DNA of 63,885 bases, the filler included, from Thelocarpon superellum (Eukaryota), in NCBI GenBank assembly GCA_026025795.1. It is 3 parts of 3 records of this genome, joined end to end, with 100 filler letters (N's around TTAATTAATTAA, not from the genome) between each part and the next. Parts side by side here need not be neighbours in the genome. Positions count along the whole stretch, not along the records: positions 1 to 22,217 come from JAPEUG010000301.1; 2 more parts are not named here. The stretch is one strand, 5' to 3'. The position numbers and the translations under genes were made by a program. The notes beneath the pieces are model-generated. The model saw nothing but the letters and a program-made list of their open reading frames with translations. It was not told the DNA's origin and searched no databases. Of the stretch, positions 10,127 through 22,317 are shown piece by piece (within the stretch, counting starts at the first letter, position 1; each line of letters begins with the position of its first letter).

Positions 10127-13100
10127 TCATTTGAGATCATGGGGCGTAAGAGCCTGAACGACGCTCGTGCCCTCTGCGAACCTGGTCCTGAAGATCCTAT
10201 TGGCATTCTGGAACATGCCGTCCTTGAGCGACACGACGATGAACTGGCTCCCCTTGAACCGGTGTTTGATCAGCCGGCCGATGTTCTGGGTGTGTGATAG
10301 GTCGAGCGCCGCGTCGACTTCGTCCAGGATGTACATTGGCGCTGGCTTGAATTGCAACAGCGCCATGATCAGGCTCAGCGCTATCAGTGATCTGGTTTTC
10401 AGTCCCACGGTCAGCCTCTCTCTCCCTTTCATCTTGAATTCTGCTCTCGAGCGTGGCGGGGAGTCAAATCACACATCTTCCAATAATGTGCTGCGAGCGC
10501 AGCGAGGAAAGAAGAGCGCGGCGAGGAGTCAAATCACACATCTTCCAACAATGTGCTGCGAGCGCAGCGAGGAAAGAAGAGCGTGGCGAGGAGTCAAATC
10601 ACACATCTTCCAGCAATGTGTTGCGAGCGCAGCGAGGAAAGAAGAAAGACACATACCTTTGGCCGCCCGAGAGCTCGGTGAGACTCTGTTTCCACACCTT
10701 GCCGAGACAGACCTTGACCTCCAGGCCGTCCGTGATGGCCTTGTTCTCCGGCGGATCGAGCTTGGCGAAGCTGCCGGGGAGCAGCTCGGCGAAGATCTGG
10801 CCAAAGTCCTCGTTGACCTTGGACCAGGTCTTCTGCAGCGCGGCCTTCTTGTACTCGTCGAGGCTGGAGATGGTCTCTTCGATCTTCTTCTTGTCGCGCA
10901 CCACCGTCTTCATCATGTTCTTGAGCGCCACCTCCTTCTTCTCCACGCTGTCGATCATGTTCATGACCTTCGGGTTGATCTTCTTCTTCATCCCCTGGAA
11001 TCGCTCCGTCAGGTTGCGCAGCGAGGCTTTGCATTCGTGGATGTTCTGTCCGCCGAAGTCGTAGGGCGTGCCCGGTCGAGCGAAGCTGTCGCGCTCGTCG
11101 GCGATCCATTCGTATTCCTTCTCTATGTGGCTCACGGCTTGCGCGGCGCCTTGCTGCTCCTTGTGGAACTTCTCCACCTGGTGCCCCAGCTTCTGCATCT
11201 CGAGCCCTTCCTCCGTGATGCGCCGGTTCTTCTGCTGCACCGCCTCTTCCAGGTCGTGCAGCTCGTTGTCGAAGCCCGTGAGTCGCGCCCGCTCGTCGTC
11301 CAGCTGGGCCTGCGCCGCGTCGTGCACCTCCTTGACCCGCGCTTGCTCCTGTCGAAGACCCTCCATCTCGTCCTGCTGCGTCTGCATCGTCGCCTCGACC
11401 TCGGTCAGTTGCTCTTCCGCCCCCGCCAGGTCGCTCTCATACTGCTCCGACTCGAGCCGCGCCGACTGCAGCTCTTTCTGGAGCGTCTTGACCGCGCCCG
11501 AGCTCTTGACCAAGGCCTTCTTGAGTTGATCCAGCGACGTCTGCAGCTGCGCCAGCTTGTCGTCCTTGTTGTTCGTAAAGTCGTTCATGTCCTTTTCGAT
11601 CTGCTTGATGTCCTTGGCCGCCTGGGCCTGTCGCGTCCTGGCGTCGGCCATGTCTTGCTTGAGCTGCAGGATGTTCATCTTCATCTCCTCCACGGCCTGG
11701 ATGATCTGCTCGGGTCAGTGGAGCCGAACGAACGGTGGGGAAGGACTGACCGAGGTCGACGAATTCCCGCTGATCTGTTCCTCCGTGATCTTGATCTCAT
11801 GTGCCTTGAGGTCCAGCTCCTGCCGGATCTTCTTGGCCGCGTCCATCTTCGCCTTGTCGCGCGCCATCACCGCCCGCAGCTCCTTCAGCGTCTGCTCCTG
11901 CCGACCCAACGCCAGGACAATCTCGTTCAATGTCTGCAGCGTGACCAGCACCCCACTTGAGTTGGGCGCACTTCCACCCGACAGCGTACCGGAAGGATCG
12001 TAGATGTCGCCTTCCAGCGTCACGCTCTTCATCCGTACCGCGGCGTCAAACGTCACCTTCTTGGCCGTCTCGGCGTCGGCACAGACCAGCGTCGAGCCAA
12101 AGACGTACTCCATCGCGGCCGAGACCTCCTGGTCGTAGCCGAGGAGGGACAGAGCGAGATCTACCTTGCCGGGGGCCAGCTTCTGCGCCGCTCCGATCTT
12201 CTCGGCCGATGCCCGGAAGGCGGCGATCTTGTTGAGCGGGATGATGGTCACACGCTTTCGGAGCTTGCCATGCTGTAGCAGCTGTGTGCCCGTGGCCTCG
12301 GTGTCGACGACGACGTTGTAGAGCCGCCCGCCGGCGCAGATCTCCAAGGCGGTGCCGGCGCGGGTCTGGTCTTTGTCCAGGGTGAAGAGCTGGGCCACCA
12401 GACCCTTGACCTTGGACCGGTCAAAGGACGGCGAGGGGTCGGTGTAGGTGAAGTCGATGTTGGACACCTTCCGCTTCAGGCCGTCGGCCTGTTCTTGGAG
12501 CGTTCGGATCTGCCGTTGGAGCGACCGCTCCTCCTCGTGCATCTCGCGCTCCTTGTCCCCGTCGACGCCCAGCGTGCGCAATTCACCCTCGAGTCGCTGC
12601 GCCTGAGACCGTAATCCGTCGAGCTCCTTGAGCAAGCCCGAATTCTGGTCCGTGGCCTTCTTCGCGCGCGGCTCATCCTCCTTGATGCGCCTCTCCAGGT
12701 GCGAGATCTTCAACCGCGCCTGGTCCTGCTCTGTGCTGGCCGCGCTCATTCGATTCCGCGCATCTTCGCTCGTCAGCTGCCCGTGCCACGACCGGCACAT
12801 GCCACCGATGCCTTCCACTCACCTTGCAACTGCCCTTGATAACCATTCTCCTGTCCCTCCCTCGATGCCACGCCCGTCTGCAAGGTCTGGATGAGCTCCT
12901 CCTTGGCGTCGGCCTCCTTCGTCTGCTCGTCCAGCTCGGCGCGAGCGGCGTCATATTGCGACTGCAGCTTCTCGTACACCGTGGCCTTCTCCTTGAGCTG
13001 CTTGGTGAGCTCTTTGACAGTCTTTCGCATGGCATCCCGCTTCGTCGCCTCCTCGGCCATGCTGGAGCCCTTCAGGTCCAACACGGTCGCCAGCCGAACG

Positions 13101-14035
13101 GCTTCGTGGGACTGCGTCTTCACCTCATCCTCCAGCGCCTGAAACTTCCCCCCCTTGCGCAGCTCCTTCTCACGCTGCGTCTTGGTGCGCTGAATGTCCT
13201 CCTCCAGGTGGCGGATTTCCGTCTTCATGCGCTCGGCCGACTGCGCCAGGTCCTGGGCGCGCTGTCGCTTCCGCTCGAGATCCTCGGCCGACTGCTTGAG
13301 CTTGTCCTTGTTCTTGAGATAATCGTGTGCCACGACGAGCCGGGTGAGGCGCTCCAGGTCGCTCTGGGTCTGCTGAAAGTCCAGAAAGGTGCGCTTCTCC
13401 GTCCGGAGCTTCTCCAGCTTGGGCTCAATCTCCTCCTTGAGCAGCTCCGTGATCTCCTGCACCTTCATCTCCTTCTTGGCCATGGTCTTAAAGGCCTTGT
13501 CGCGTCGGTCCTCGAACATGCGCGTGCCGGCGGCCTCCTCGATCATGGACAGGATCTCGACGGGCTTCATGTTGAGCACCTTGGTGATGCGGCCCTGCAT
13601 GATGAGGAAGTTGGGGTTGTTGATGTTGAGCTGCACCGACTGGAAGAGGTTCTGCACCGTCTGCTGCTGGGCGCGGTGGCCATTGATCAGGTACTTGCTG
13701 GTGCCGCCCAGCACGATCTGACGCGTGACGGAGATCTGGGCATATTCCTCGAAGCCGATGGGACTCTTCTGCTTGTCGCGGTTGTCGAAGACGATGGTGA
13801 CGCTGGCCTTGGTGACGCCGGCCTGGCCGCGCTTGTAGATGAGATCCTGCAGGTTCTGGGCACGCACCGTGGTCATGTTGGTGATGCCCAGGACGAAGCA
13901 GATGGAGTCGAGGATGTTGGATTTGCCGCTGCCATTGAGGCCGGTGATGGAGTTGAAGCTCTCGTCCCATCCCGAGATGACGGTGCGCACGGCGTAGGAT
14001 TTGAAACCGTCGATGATGACCTCGACGACCCTCAT
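10127..14035 (-). CDS. SMC2: Condensin subunit SMC2 (Cut14)
   Basis: IIDGFKSY and Walker [10 protein letters not shown]; hinge GTLSGG; signature LSGGQR|SLIAL; Walker [12 protein letters not shown]. Introns 12764-12822, 11706-11750 and 10392-10656. Confidence 0.97.
10449..10643. repeat. Intronic minisatellite, 3 x 65 bp
   Basis: Units start at 10449, 10514 and 10579 (GAGCGTGGCGRGGAGTCAAATCACACATCTTCCA..AATGTG.TGCGAGCGCAGCGAGGAAAGAA) with few substitutions. The array lies within SMC2 intron 10392-10656. Confidence 0.95.
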
Positions 14036-14059
14036 CGTGGCGGCGGTGGCGACGAGCGC

Positions 14060-14110
14060 GACGGGCGACGGGGCGACGGGGCGACGGGGCGACGGGACGA
14101 CGGGGCGACG
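14060..14110. repeat. (GGGGCGAC)n 8-bp tandem repeat upstream of the SMC2 ATG
   Basis: gacgggcgacggggcgacggggcgacggggcgacgggacgacggggcgacg, read directly. Confidence 0.9.
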
Positions 14111-15070
14111 AGACGATGCCGCAATGATCCGCCGAGCTGATCGCGTCGTGGGACGCAGACACGCACGGGCGGGGAGGGAGACGTGGTCGAGCGGGCGCGC
14201 GGAGGACGAGGCACGGGGCGACGAGGATGTTGTGTTGTGCTTTCGCCTATTCCGGACTCGCGCCGGCGTCGGTGCATCACCAGATGAGTCAGCCCGGCCA
14301 ATGCTGCATCGCCTCGCGTCCAGGTCGAGACGGCCATGGCAGTGAATTGCATGCCACTCGCCCCGCCATTATCGATTGCTTTTGGAGCGAATTTTCTCGT
14401 GGGACCTTGCCGTACATGCTTCTGCAGGGCAGGACTGTCGGTGAGGAGCAAATAAGGCCGCTCGCGGACTACTGCCCACAGCTCCACGGTTCGAGCCCCG
14501 GCCTGGTATCAGCTCCATCCAGGCCCAGGGTGTCGTCCTGTATGTAGCAAAATCTCAAGTGCCAGCGATGATTACTTTCCCTTGTCCTTTCCTTCCTTGT
14601 GCCCCGCCTCGCCCTCCCCTTCCGCTCCCCCGCTCCTGTCATCATCTCTCTGCCTCCCTACCGCCCTGCATGTCTTCCCATCTTCCCGCAGTCCTGCCCC
14701 GGCCCTGCCCCTTCCCGCCCGCGCTCATGAGTGTACAGCGTTGTCCCTTAGAGCCCCCAAGTATAGCAGTGCACGAGAGATTTTCGATAGGCCCCTGTGG
14801 CTGAAGCTTTTGCCTGTTGGCGACATGACCAACCTCGCGACCAACGCCACCATCTGACGGTGCACCAGAAGACCCATCTTTGTGCGCCAGGACCCGCCAC
14901 TGGAGACGGTAATTCTGGACGATGGCGTCGTGGCCGTACTTGAGCACGTCAAGCACATTGACTGCAACGTGCAGACCATGAAAATGTACTAGATTCCGTC
15001 GCGGCGGCGGTACGAGCGGTGGTTGTCATCTAGCTGACGCTAATCAATCAAACGCCCCAAGATGATGTTC

Positions 15071-16855
15071 TCATTCCTCGCCAACCAGCGTCTGTCCCTC
15101 TCTCAATCCCTCCACCACCAACTCGTGCCGCTCGGCGCGTCGATAGATATCCTTCACGTCATCTAGCCACTGCGTCAGCACGAGTCCCAACGGGGCGATG
15201 GCAAGGAGCGTGGCTGACCGGTCGTCGTCTCAAAATGGCTGGAGGCATCATAGCTCTTGGAGATGAAGATGTTGTCATTCACCCCGCTCTCGAGCGGTTC
15301 AAACAGCGGGATGGGCGCGCCCATGAACTTTTCTTCGATCCGACCGAGCCGGTCGAAGCCCGGTTGTAATTCGAGGTGGTGGTTGCTTTGGCCCTCGGCG
15401 ATGGTCGAGACGATGGCGATGTAGTAGCCCTTCGGGCACACGTTGTGCGCCGACGAGACGACGGCAATGTAGATGTCTACCTGTATCAGCGAGCCTCGTG
15501 GAGCGGCCGGGGCACCGCCACCTACCATTCTTCCGGCCGACCTGCGACTGTGGGATGATGAGCTGGGCCGAGTCGCTGTTGTCGGTGTTGGCGACGGGAT
15601 GGGTCAAGATGCAGATGGCACGCAGCACATGGCCAACGACCTGCACCTTGCCCGGGAAGTACGAGGGATCGCCAAGGATCTTCTTGGCCTTGGTGGTAAA
15701 GGTCATGCCCTCGCCCTCGTCCCCGCGTTCCTTCATCGTCGCCTTGATGCCGGCCGCCTTGGAGCCGTCGTAGATGATCTCATCGACGTTGGTGTTGAGC
15801 ATGTAGGTGCCGCCGTAGATGGCCGACAACCGGGCGAAGCCTTGGGGCAACTCGCCTAGGCCGTAGAGCGGATAGATGTAGGGCGACTTGCCGTACCGGG
15901 CCATGGAGTTGACGTACAGGCGAATGCGCTGGATCGAGTCCTTGGCCGTGCCCTTTTCGTTGATGTAATCGTCGGTCTGGTACAAGGCCATGGAGTGTCC
16001 GATGAAGTCCCGCGTGCCGGGCTCGAGCCCAAACTTGTCGTACACGTCCTTCATCGTGCAGGCGTGCACGTTCAAGCCTAACGCATGCGTCAGCGAGGAG
16101 ATGGCCGAGCGGGGAACGGACGGACCTTGGTGTGACGCCGGATCATTCTCGTCGAAGCTGCCCACCCATTCGAGGAAGCGCTTCGCCCGGCGCTTCTCGA
16201 ACAGGCCCATGAGCGGGGAGCGGAGGGCCTCGCCGGCATCGGACGGCACCTTGGCCACCGTGGCCTTGGATCCGTTACCCTGCTGCACGTAGCTCCCGGC
16301 GATCTGTTTGAACTCGAGATATCGGGTGACGTCGGTGGAGACGAGGATGTTGGTGAGTTCGCCGTTGGACATGAGGAGCTTGGGCACGAGGTCGACGTTC
16401 CAGTCGTTGACGCGCCCGTACTTCTTCCACGGCTCTTCGCCCTTCTGATAGTTGCCGTACTTTTTGAAGAGCTACGGGCTGTCAATTTTCCATGCCGCGT
16501 GCACCCGGCCGCATGGTGGGGCCGCCTACCGCTTCGATGTTGACCGAGGCTGCCTCCCTGGGTCAGATCAGCATGTATCCCGGAGCGCTCGTTCATCTCC
16601 CCTGACGTACCCTCCATAATGGTCATTTCGGTCGATGTGGAGGACCTTTTGTCCTTTGACGCTCAGCACCCTGTGAGGTGGGGATCAGCCGGAGGAGCGG
16701 AGGGATCGTGGTGGGCGGGGGTGCATACCCCGACAGCACACATTCGGTGAGTCCTAGAGGTGTCAGCGCGGGCCGCGTGGTCGTGGGCCGATGCGAGGGC
16801 AAGGCCTACCAGTGCCAAGCACCACCACGTCGTATTCCGACGCAATGTCTTCCAT
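15071..16855 (-). CDS. GDI1: Rab GDP-dissociation inhibitor
   Basis: MEDIASEYDVVVLGTGLTECVLSG, LHIDRNDHYGGE, WNVDLVPKLLMSNG, YGKSPYIYPLYGLGELPQGFARLSAIYGGTYML, SYDASSHFETT. Several short GT-AG introns; stop TGA 15071-15073. Confidence 0.96.
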
Positions 16856-17902
16856 GGCGAGCGTCGCACCGTCCGGACGTCAGGTGTCGAGGTAGAGCGG
16901 GGGCAAGGAGGACCAATTACGAGCGAGGCGGGACCGACCACAGTGATCCTGGACGACGGATGAAGGCGAGAGCTATCTTTGGCAGGCAATGGTCCGAGAG
17001 GGTGACAGGGTGGTGGGGTGGGGGGCGAGGTGCCTGGGCGAACGGTAGTCCTGATGTGGGTGTCGGCGGTGCTGTGGTGCTGATGATGCTTGGGCCTGTC
17101 TGTCGCAGTGGCGCTGCGGGGCTACAAGCTACCGGGCTCTGCCTTGGCGGTGGGCGGCGGCCGGGGCATTCGGCCGATGGGTCCTTGCCTCGTCCGCCTC
17201 CTCGTCGCCTAGCCGTGCGTGCAAGCCGACCGCAACGCCCATGCCCTTAGGCGAAGCGATGATGGCAAGTCCAGGTCCAAAGTAATCACTGTGGTGCCTA
17301 CTAGGCAAGGTGCAGTCCACCTATGAGAGGTACCAGGCCTCGAGCACGGCAATTTCATCGTGCGGCCGTGATCCTGGCCGGCGCTTCAGATCCGCCCCAC
17401 CACATGTGCAGCCGGGTCCGGTGTGCATATTCCGCCGGTCGTCGCTGTGATGGATGCCGACCGGTTCGCCAGGACGCATCCACAGGGTCGCTGTGGCAAT
17501 CCTCCATGGGAGCCCGCCATCTCCCGCGCTCCGCACGCCCTCGGCCATCCTATCTCGACCGGGGGATGACTAAGAGGCGGCTCGAGGCGGACGGCGGTCG
17601 AGGGCAGCCGCGTATCGACCGCCATCTCGCCGAGCCTACCTATCCTACAAGAAAAGACCTCTCCAGGTGCCAGCGCCCGCTTGGGCTGCTTGGGTGGTAG
17701 CAATTATACTGGGTCGGGCATGAGCGATATGGTCGGTTGATAGTCAAAGCTTCCACGAACATTGCCGCTCGGTGGGAAACGGCAGTTCGCCGCCAAGGTT
17801 CAGCCAGGGGCCGATGCAAGACGAGATCCGCCCATCACAACGACGCCAGTCCCCGGGCCCATCCAGTCCCACCCAGTCCCAATCCCGCCCATCGAGACGT
17901 AT

Positions 17903-20173
17903 CTATTGCAGGTGTGCCGAGGAAGCTGGCGCGATGACCCGCGCGTCGAGCTGGTCGTACTGCAGGAGGAATTCGCGCTGTGCCCGCGTCAGTAGCCGCG
18001 ACGACACATAGGCGCAGGGAGAGGGAGAGGGAGACGTACACGCTGTCGTTGCCAGAGCACGGGGTCAAAGAAGATGTAGAATCCTCGCTCCTCGGCCGCG
18101 TTGATGCGGACCGGCTCGAAGCTGGTGTCCTTGGTCAACCATTGCTTCAGCTCCCTGTGCCAGCGCCAGTTGCGGTTCGACAGCTCCGCAGCCACGACCT
18201 CTTGCATGACGTCGCGCGGCATCTGGTAGAAAACGTAGAACAGCGTCTCATCGGAGAAGCTCGAGACCTTGGTATTAAGCGGATGGATGTTCTGCACATT
18301 GTAGCACGCCGGCACGGCGAAGTCGGGCTCGACCCCACGAGCGCCCGCTTCTCCGAAGGCGTTGGCAAAGCTGGGATAGAGGGGCCTGTGGCTCGCGTCG
18401 CACGGTCAGCACAGGCCCATGATGCTCTGATGCTCATGACACCGCGACGGCACGCCGGGGACCACGTACTCTGGCTGGCTGAGATCCAGGCCGAGCGTCG
18501 TCAGGTCCTGTCCGATGGCCAACGACCCGAGGTCGGACCCCTCGCTACGGATCATGTGCAGCAAGCCGGCCAAGCCGAAGCGATCGAGCTCGCTCATCGA
18601 CGAGAGCGTGTCGGGTGTTTGCGTCTGCGAGGCGCGAGGCGAATCGCCGTATTCGGCCGTGAAGGTCGGCTGCGTCGGCGCCGGCGGCGGCTGTGACGGT
18701 AGCGACGGACGGGACGCAGGCGCCATGGCGAACAGGTTGGGCTGCGACGTCTGCGACGACGCCCCGCTCTGTCCTGGGTTCTGCATGCTGGAGAAGAGCG
18801 AGGAAATGGTGCTCCCATTCTGGCCAACGCTGCGCTCCGAATCGCTCGCGCCACCCGGGCCCTGTTGCAGCGACTCGATGGGCGAACGCGCGTTGTTCAA
18901 GCCCAGCTGTCGGCTACGATCCTGGGCCGTCGGGACGGCACCCAGAAGCCCGTTTCGCCCTTGCCCGCTGGAAGCCTGGCTGATGTTAGTGCCAAAGCCG
19001 TTGCTGCTCAGCTGCGCGCCGAACGGTCCGTGCTGCACGCCACCGGCCCCTCTCGCCTGGCCGATCTCTCCATTCGCGTTGCGACCCAGCGGGGGAAATT
19101 CGTCGATGCTGCCCGTCTTGGGCTGGCTCGATCCCGTCAGGGGTCCCACGGTATTGGGCGCGCCAAAGCCAAAGTCATCGAGACCGCTGACAAACTGCGA
19201 GGACGAGGGGAAGAGGTTGTCCTGATGCGGCGGCTGCGCTTGTCCCGACGGGCCTTGGCCTTGGGGAAGCGGCGTTTGCGAGGGCGTGGGCTGTTGGTGC
19301 GCACGGTGTTGTGCCGCATGCGAGGCACCTCGCTGGGTGGCGCTGGCCCACGCGGCCTGGCCCGCGTTCTGATTGTGTTGCGACTGGGCCGATGACAGGG
19401 AGGGGAATTCGCTTTCTGACGTCAGATCGAACATCACACGGGACGGGAGGGGATCCTCGATGAGGCTCATGATGGCGGGAGAACGGGGAGGATCCACGAG
19501 GGACGGCGGGTGGGGCGGATGGGCGGAACGGAAAAAGGACACAGCTGACGGACGAAAACAGGAACTCACGTCAGGTCAAGAGGAGTGGCAGGTTGAGAGC
19601 CGCCAATGGTCCGGGCAAAGCTGGTCATCGCTGCACTGTTCGGTCGTGACTGCGGTGTAGGGAGACCTGGAGCACCAGCCAAGGTGGGCATGGCAAAGCC
19701 CCAGCCCGAGCCGCTTCCTAATTGCGCGCACCGCGTATCAGCCATGCACCAATTCTGTGCTCGGCCGTTGCTCTGCGTCCGTACCCAGTTTTCCGTTGTG
19801 AAGTCTGCCGGATCCAAGGGCCGCACTCCGCGTTTGCGGCTGTTGACTCCCAAATCCTGGTAATCCTCGCAGCGGGGGAGGTCCATTTCCTTTGCATCAT
19901 GGTGCAGTCAGCGTCGCGGCTCCTGCTTCACGTTCGATCGCACCGGCTTTCATGGCTGGGACTGATGATCGGACGACCCATCCTCGGCGATGGAGCCACC
20001 AAGCCTGCGAGCAGCCCGTGGAGCTTGGGCCAGCTGGGCCCGCCGGCGGAGGAGACAGCAAAGCACGTTGGGGTGGCGTGGATGACACGAGGGCTCATGG
20101 AGAGCACACCAACCGCAAGGGTGGGGAGCGGGGCGAACAGAGAGAATTGAGAGAACCGACCTGGACGATTCAT
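17903..20173 (-). CDS. NOT2: CCR4-NOT subunit Not2 (Cdc36)
   Basis: Spliced N-terminus MNRPGNGPPPLRG..GRLHNGKLG; SFARTIGGSQPATPLDLT|EFPSLS; NOT-box DRFGLAGLL..LAIGQDLTTLGLDL..FSDETLFYVFYQMPRD..RNWRWHRELKQWLTK. Stop 17903-17905. Confidence 0.92.
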
Positions 20174-20642
20174 CGTGAACGAGGAGGGGTGAGGGGGATG
20201 TTGGCGTAAACAGCAAACACGAGGAGAGCAGGTACCACCCGGGGCAGGGAGATTGATCAAGCGACGTGACAGCGAGGGCTGTGCTCGCCAACGGTCAGGC
20301 GACCTGGACGGAGTCGACAGCGATGACTATCCGATCGCCGCTTCGCGAGGTCGAGTCACACGCAGCATGAGTGAGAGTGGCAGTGGCTCCCTGTCCGGTC
20401 GTCTGGCTTGAACGTTGAATGATGGAAGCTTCGTGCGGCTCTGTCCGTCTCGGCTAACTCTTCTCGGAGAGGCTTAGCGCCATCACGCTGCACTGCAGTT
20501 GCTGTCGACGGAGAAGGTGCACGAGGAGCCGGGGAGCTTCTCGATCTGCCCGTAGACTTATCCCGGATGACCCTGGACCCTCACTCGCTGAATCGGCCGG
20601 AAGACCTTACGGGGTCGTGGCGTTTTGGTACGATCGGCGAGA

Positions 20643-21524
20643 ATGGCTGCGGCGTCAATGTGTAGGGCACGCCCACGCCGACCGTGGCCCAGCAGTCTCC
20701 CGCTCCAGCCATGGCCGCCGACCTTTTTGGCACCAGCCTTTGGGTTTCCCAACGTCATCAGGTCAACTGCTCCGCGATCCTCCTTCTCGACCTCCCACTC
20801 GCATGCCTTGCCACGCGACCGCAGTCGTGGCCGGGGCGTTTCGGCGGTGAACCGTACGGGGCCCCGCCAGCCACTGTCGGTGTCGAAAGAACCGCTGCCC
20901 AAGCCGGTACTGGATCCGGCCAAGCGATCCCAGGTTCCCGTGGACCCGGACCACGGCCTCTGGCACTTCTTCAACGAGGCTCGCATGACGTTGAGCACGC
21001 CAGAGCAAGACTACGCGCACGGTGGGGACCTCTCTCTCCATCGACGCCCTGTCTCAAGACTCACCCTTGGTGTCTAGGGCGACCGTGGACGGTGGAGGAA
21101 CTCCGGAACAAGTCGTGGGAGGATCTGCATCGGCTCTGGTGGGTGTGCGTCAAGGAGCGCAATCGGCTCGCCACGGAGGCTTTTGAACGTCAGCGGGTCC
21201 AGGCGGGATACGGCGACTATGAAGCCAAGCGACGAGACACCACGGTATGTCGTCCGTCACCTTTCGCACGCAACTGCCTAACGACGACAGGTCCGTCGGA
21301 CGCAACGCGCAATCAAGCACGTGCTCACCGAGCGGTACTATGCATGGGACGAGGCCCGTAGGGCGGCGAGATCCGACCCGGAGATTGATCTGAGCGGGCA
21401 AGGGCCTGCATATAGACCGGGTGACTTTGAGGTAAGCTCGATCTCGCCCGATCTCGAGTCTTCATACTTACGCTCGGCGCAGGAGACACTTCAGGAGCAA
21501 TCACCACCGGAACAGCGGCCGTGA
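20643..21524 (+). CDS. MRPL4: Mitochondrial large ribosomal subunit protein uL29m (MRP-L47 family)
   Basis: Presequence; [58 protein letters not shown]. Introns ~21022-21077, ~21245-21290 and ~21432-21483. Confidence 0.93.
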
Positions 21525-22217
21525 AGACCGACAGCAATGGATCAGAATCCTATCTGAGAAGACGTCCGGCTGTGAACGGAGAAGGTGGGCCAAGAATCGT
21601 CTGACAAACGGGGACGTACGAGATCTGTATTGCGTAGGAATGTCATCATTGGACATGGACATCAGCGGGAAAAAGCAAGAGACGTAGATGAAATCCAACG
21701 AGGAACAGTCGAGCACCATCAAACAAGACGCGCCTGAGGTATTGAAGAGCTATCAGCGGCGACCATAACTTCTGCGTGGTAAGATATCCCTACCTCCATG
21801 ATCATACCGTACTACCCGCTTTGATTGCGGATGAAAAATCACGGCGAAATCATACAATTGATACTTGATGAACTTTGAACGAATCCCGTTACATCTGCTA
21901 GTAAGATTGTCATTGTCACTGCCACTGCCACTGCCACTGCTCGTTCCGTCTCCTCTCCCCTCCCCGCCTCTCCATCTCCATCGCCCTCTCCTACGTATGG
22001 GCGGATCCATGGCCCTGCTCCTTTCACGTACCGTACTGCTCGCGGCCATCGGAGACGATCTCGCTCGCTCGCTCATACGTACGTAAGGTGACCTCCAACC
22101 TCCAACCTACCACATTGCCCCCTGCGACCTCTGCTCCACCCCATACGGCCCCGTCATCGTCATCGTCCGTTGATTCGTCTCTGCAGGAATGTTTGGAAAG
22201 AAAAAGCCTCCGTCAAA

Positions 22218-22317
22218 NNNNNNNNNNNNNNNNNNNNNNNNNNNNNNNNNNNNNNNNNNNNTTAATTAATTAANNNNNNNNNNNNNNNNNNNNNNNNNNN
22301 NNNNNNNNNNNNNNNNN
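22218..22317. other. Artificial contig-join linker (44 N + TTAATTAATTAA + 44 N)
   Basis: Palindromic six-frame-stop 12-mer centred in symmetric N runs, 100 bp in total. Confidence 0.97.

Noticed and set aside
10449..10643. Direct repeats suggestive of a CRISPR array
   Set aside because: The units abut with no unique spacers, they lie in a eukaryotic spliceosomal intron, and there are no cas genes.
10167..14140. Long + strand ORFs (597 aa, 438 aa), and similarly 34336..36288
   Set aside because: Antisense shadows of GC3-rich SMC2 and XDH coding sequence.
14430..14510. GGTTCGAGCC T-loop-like motif (tRNA?)
   Set aside because: The T-stem does not pair beyond 2 bp and no cloverleaf can be drawn.
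22262..22273. TTAATTAATTAA palindrome (also 44291-44302) as a transposon target or biological motif
   Set aside because: It is centred in symmetric N runs of identical length: an assembly linker.
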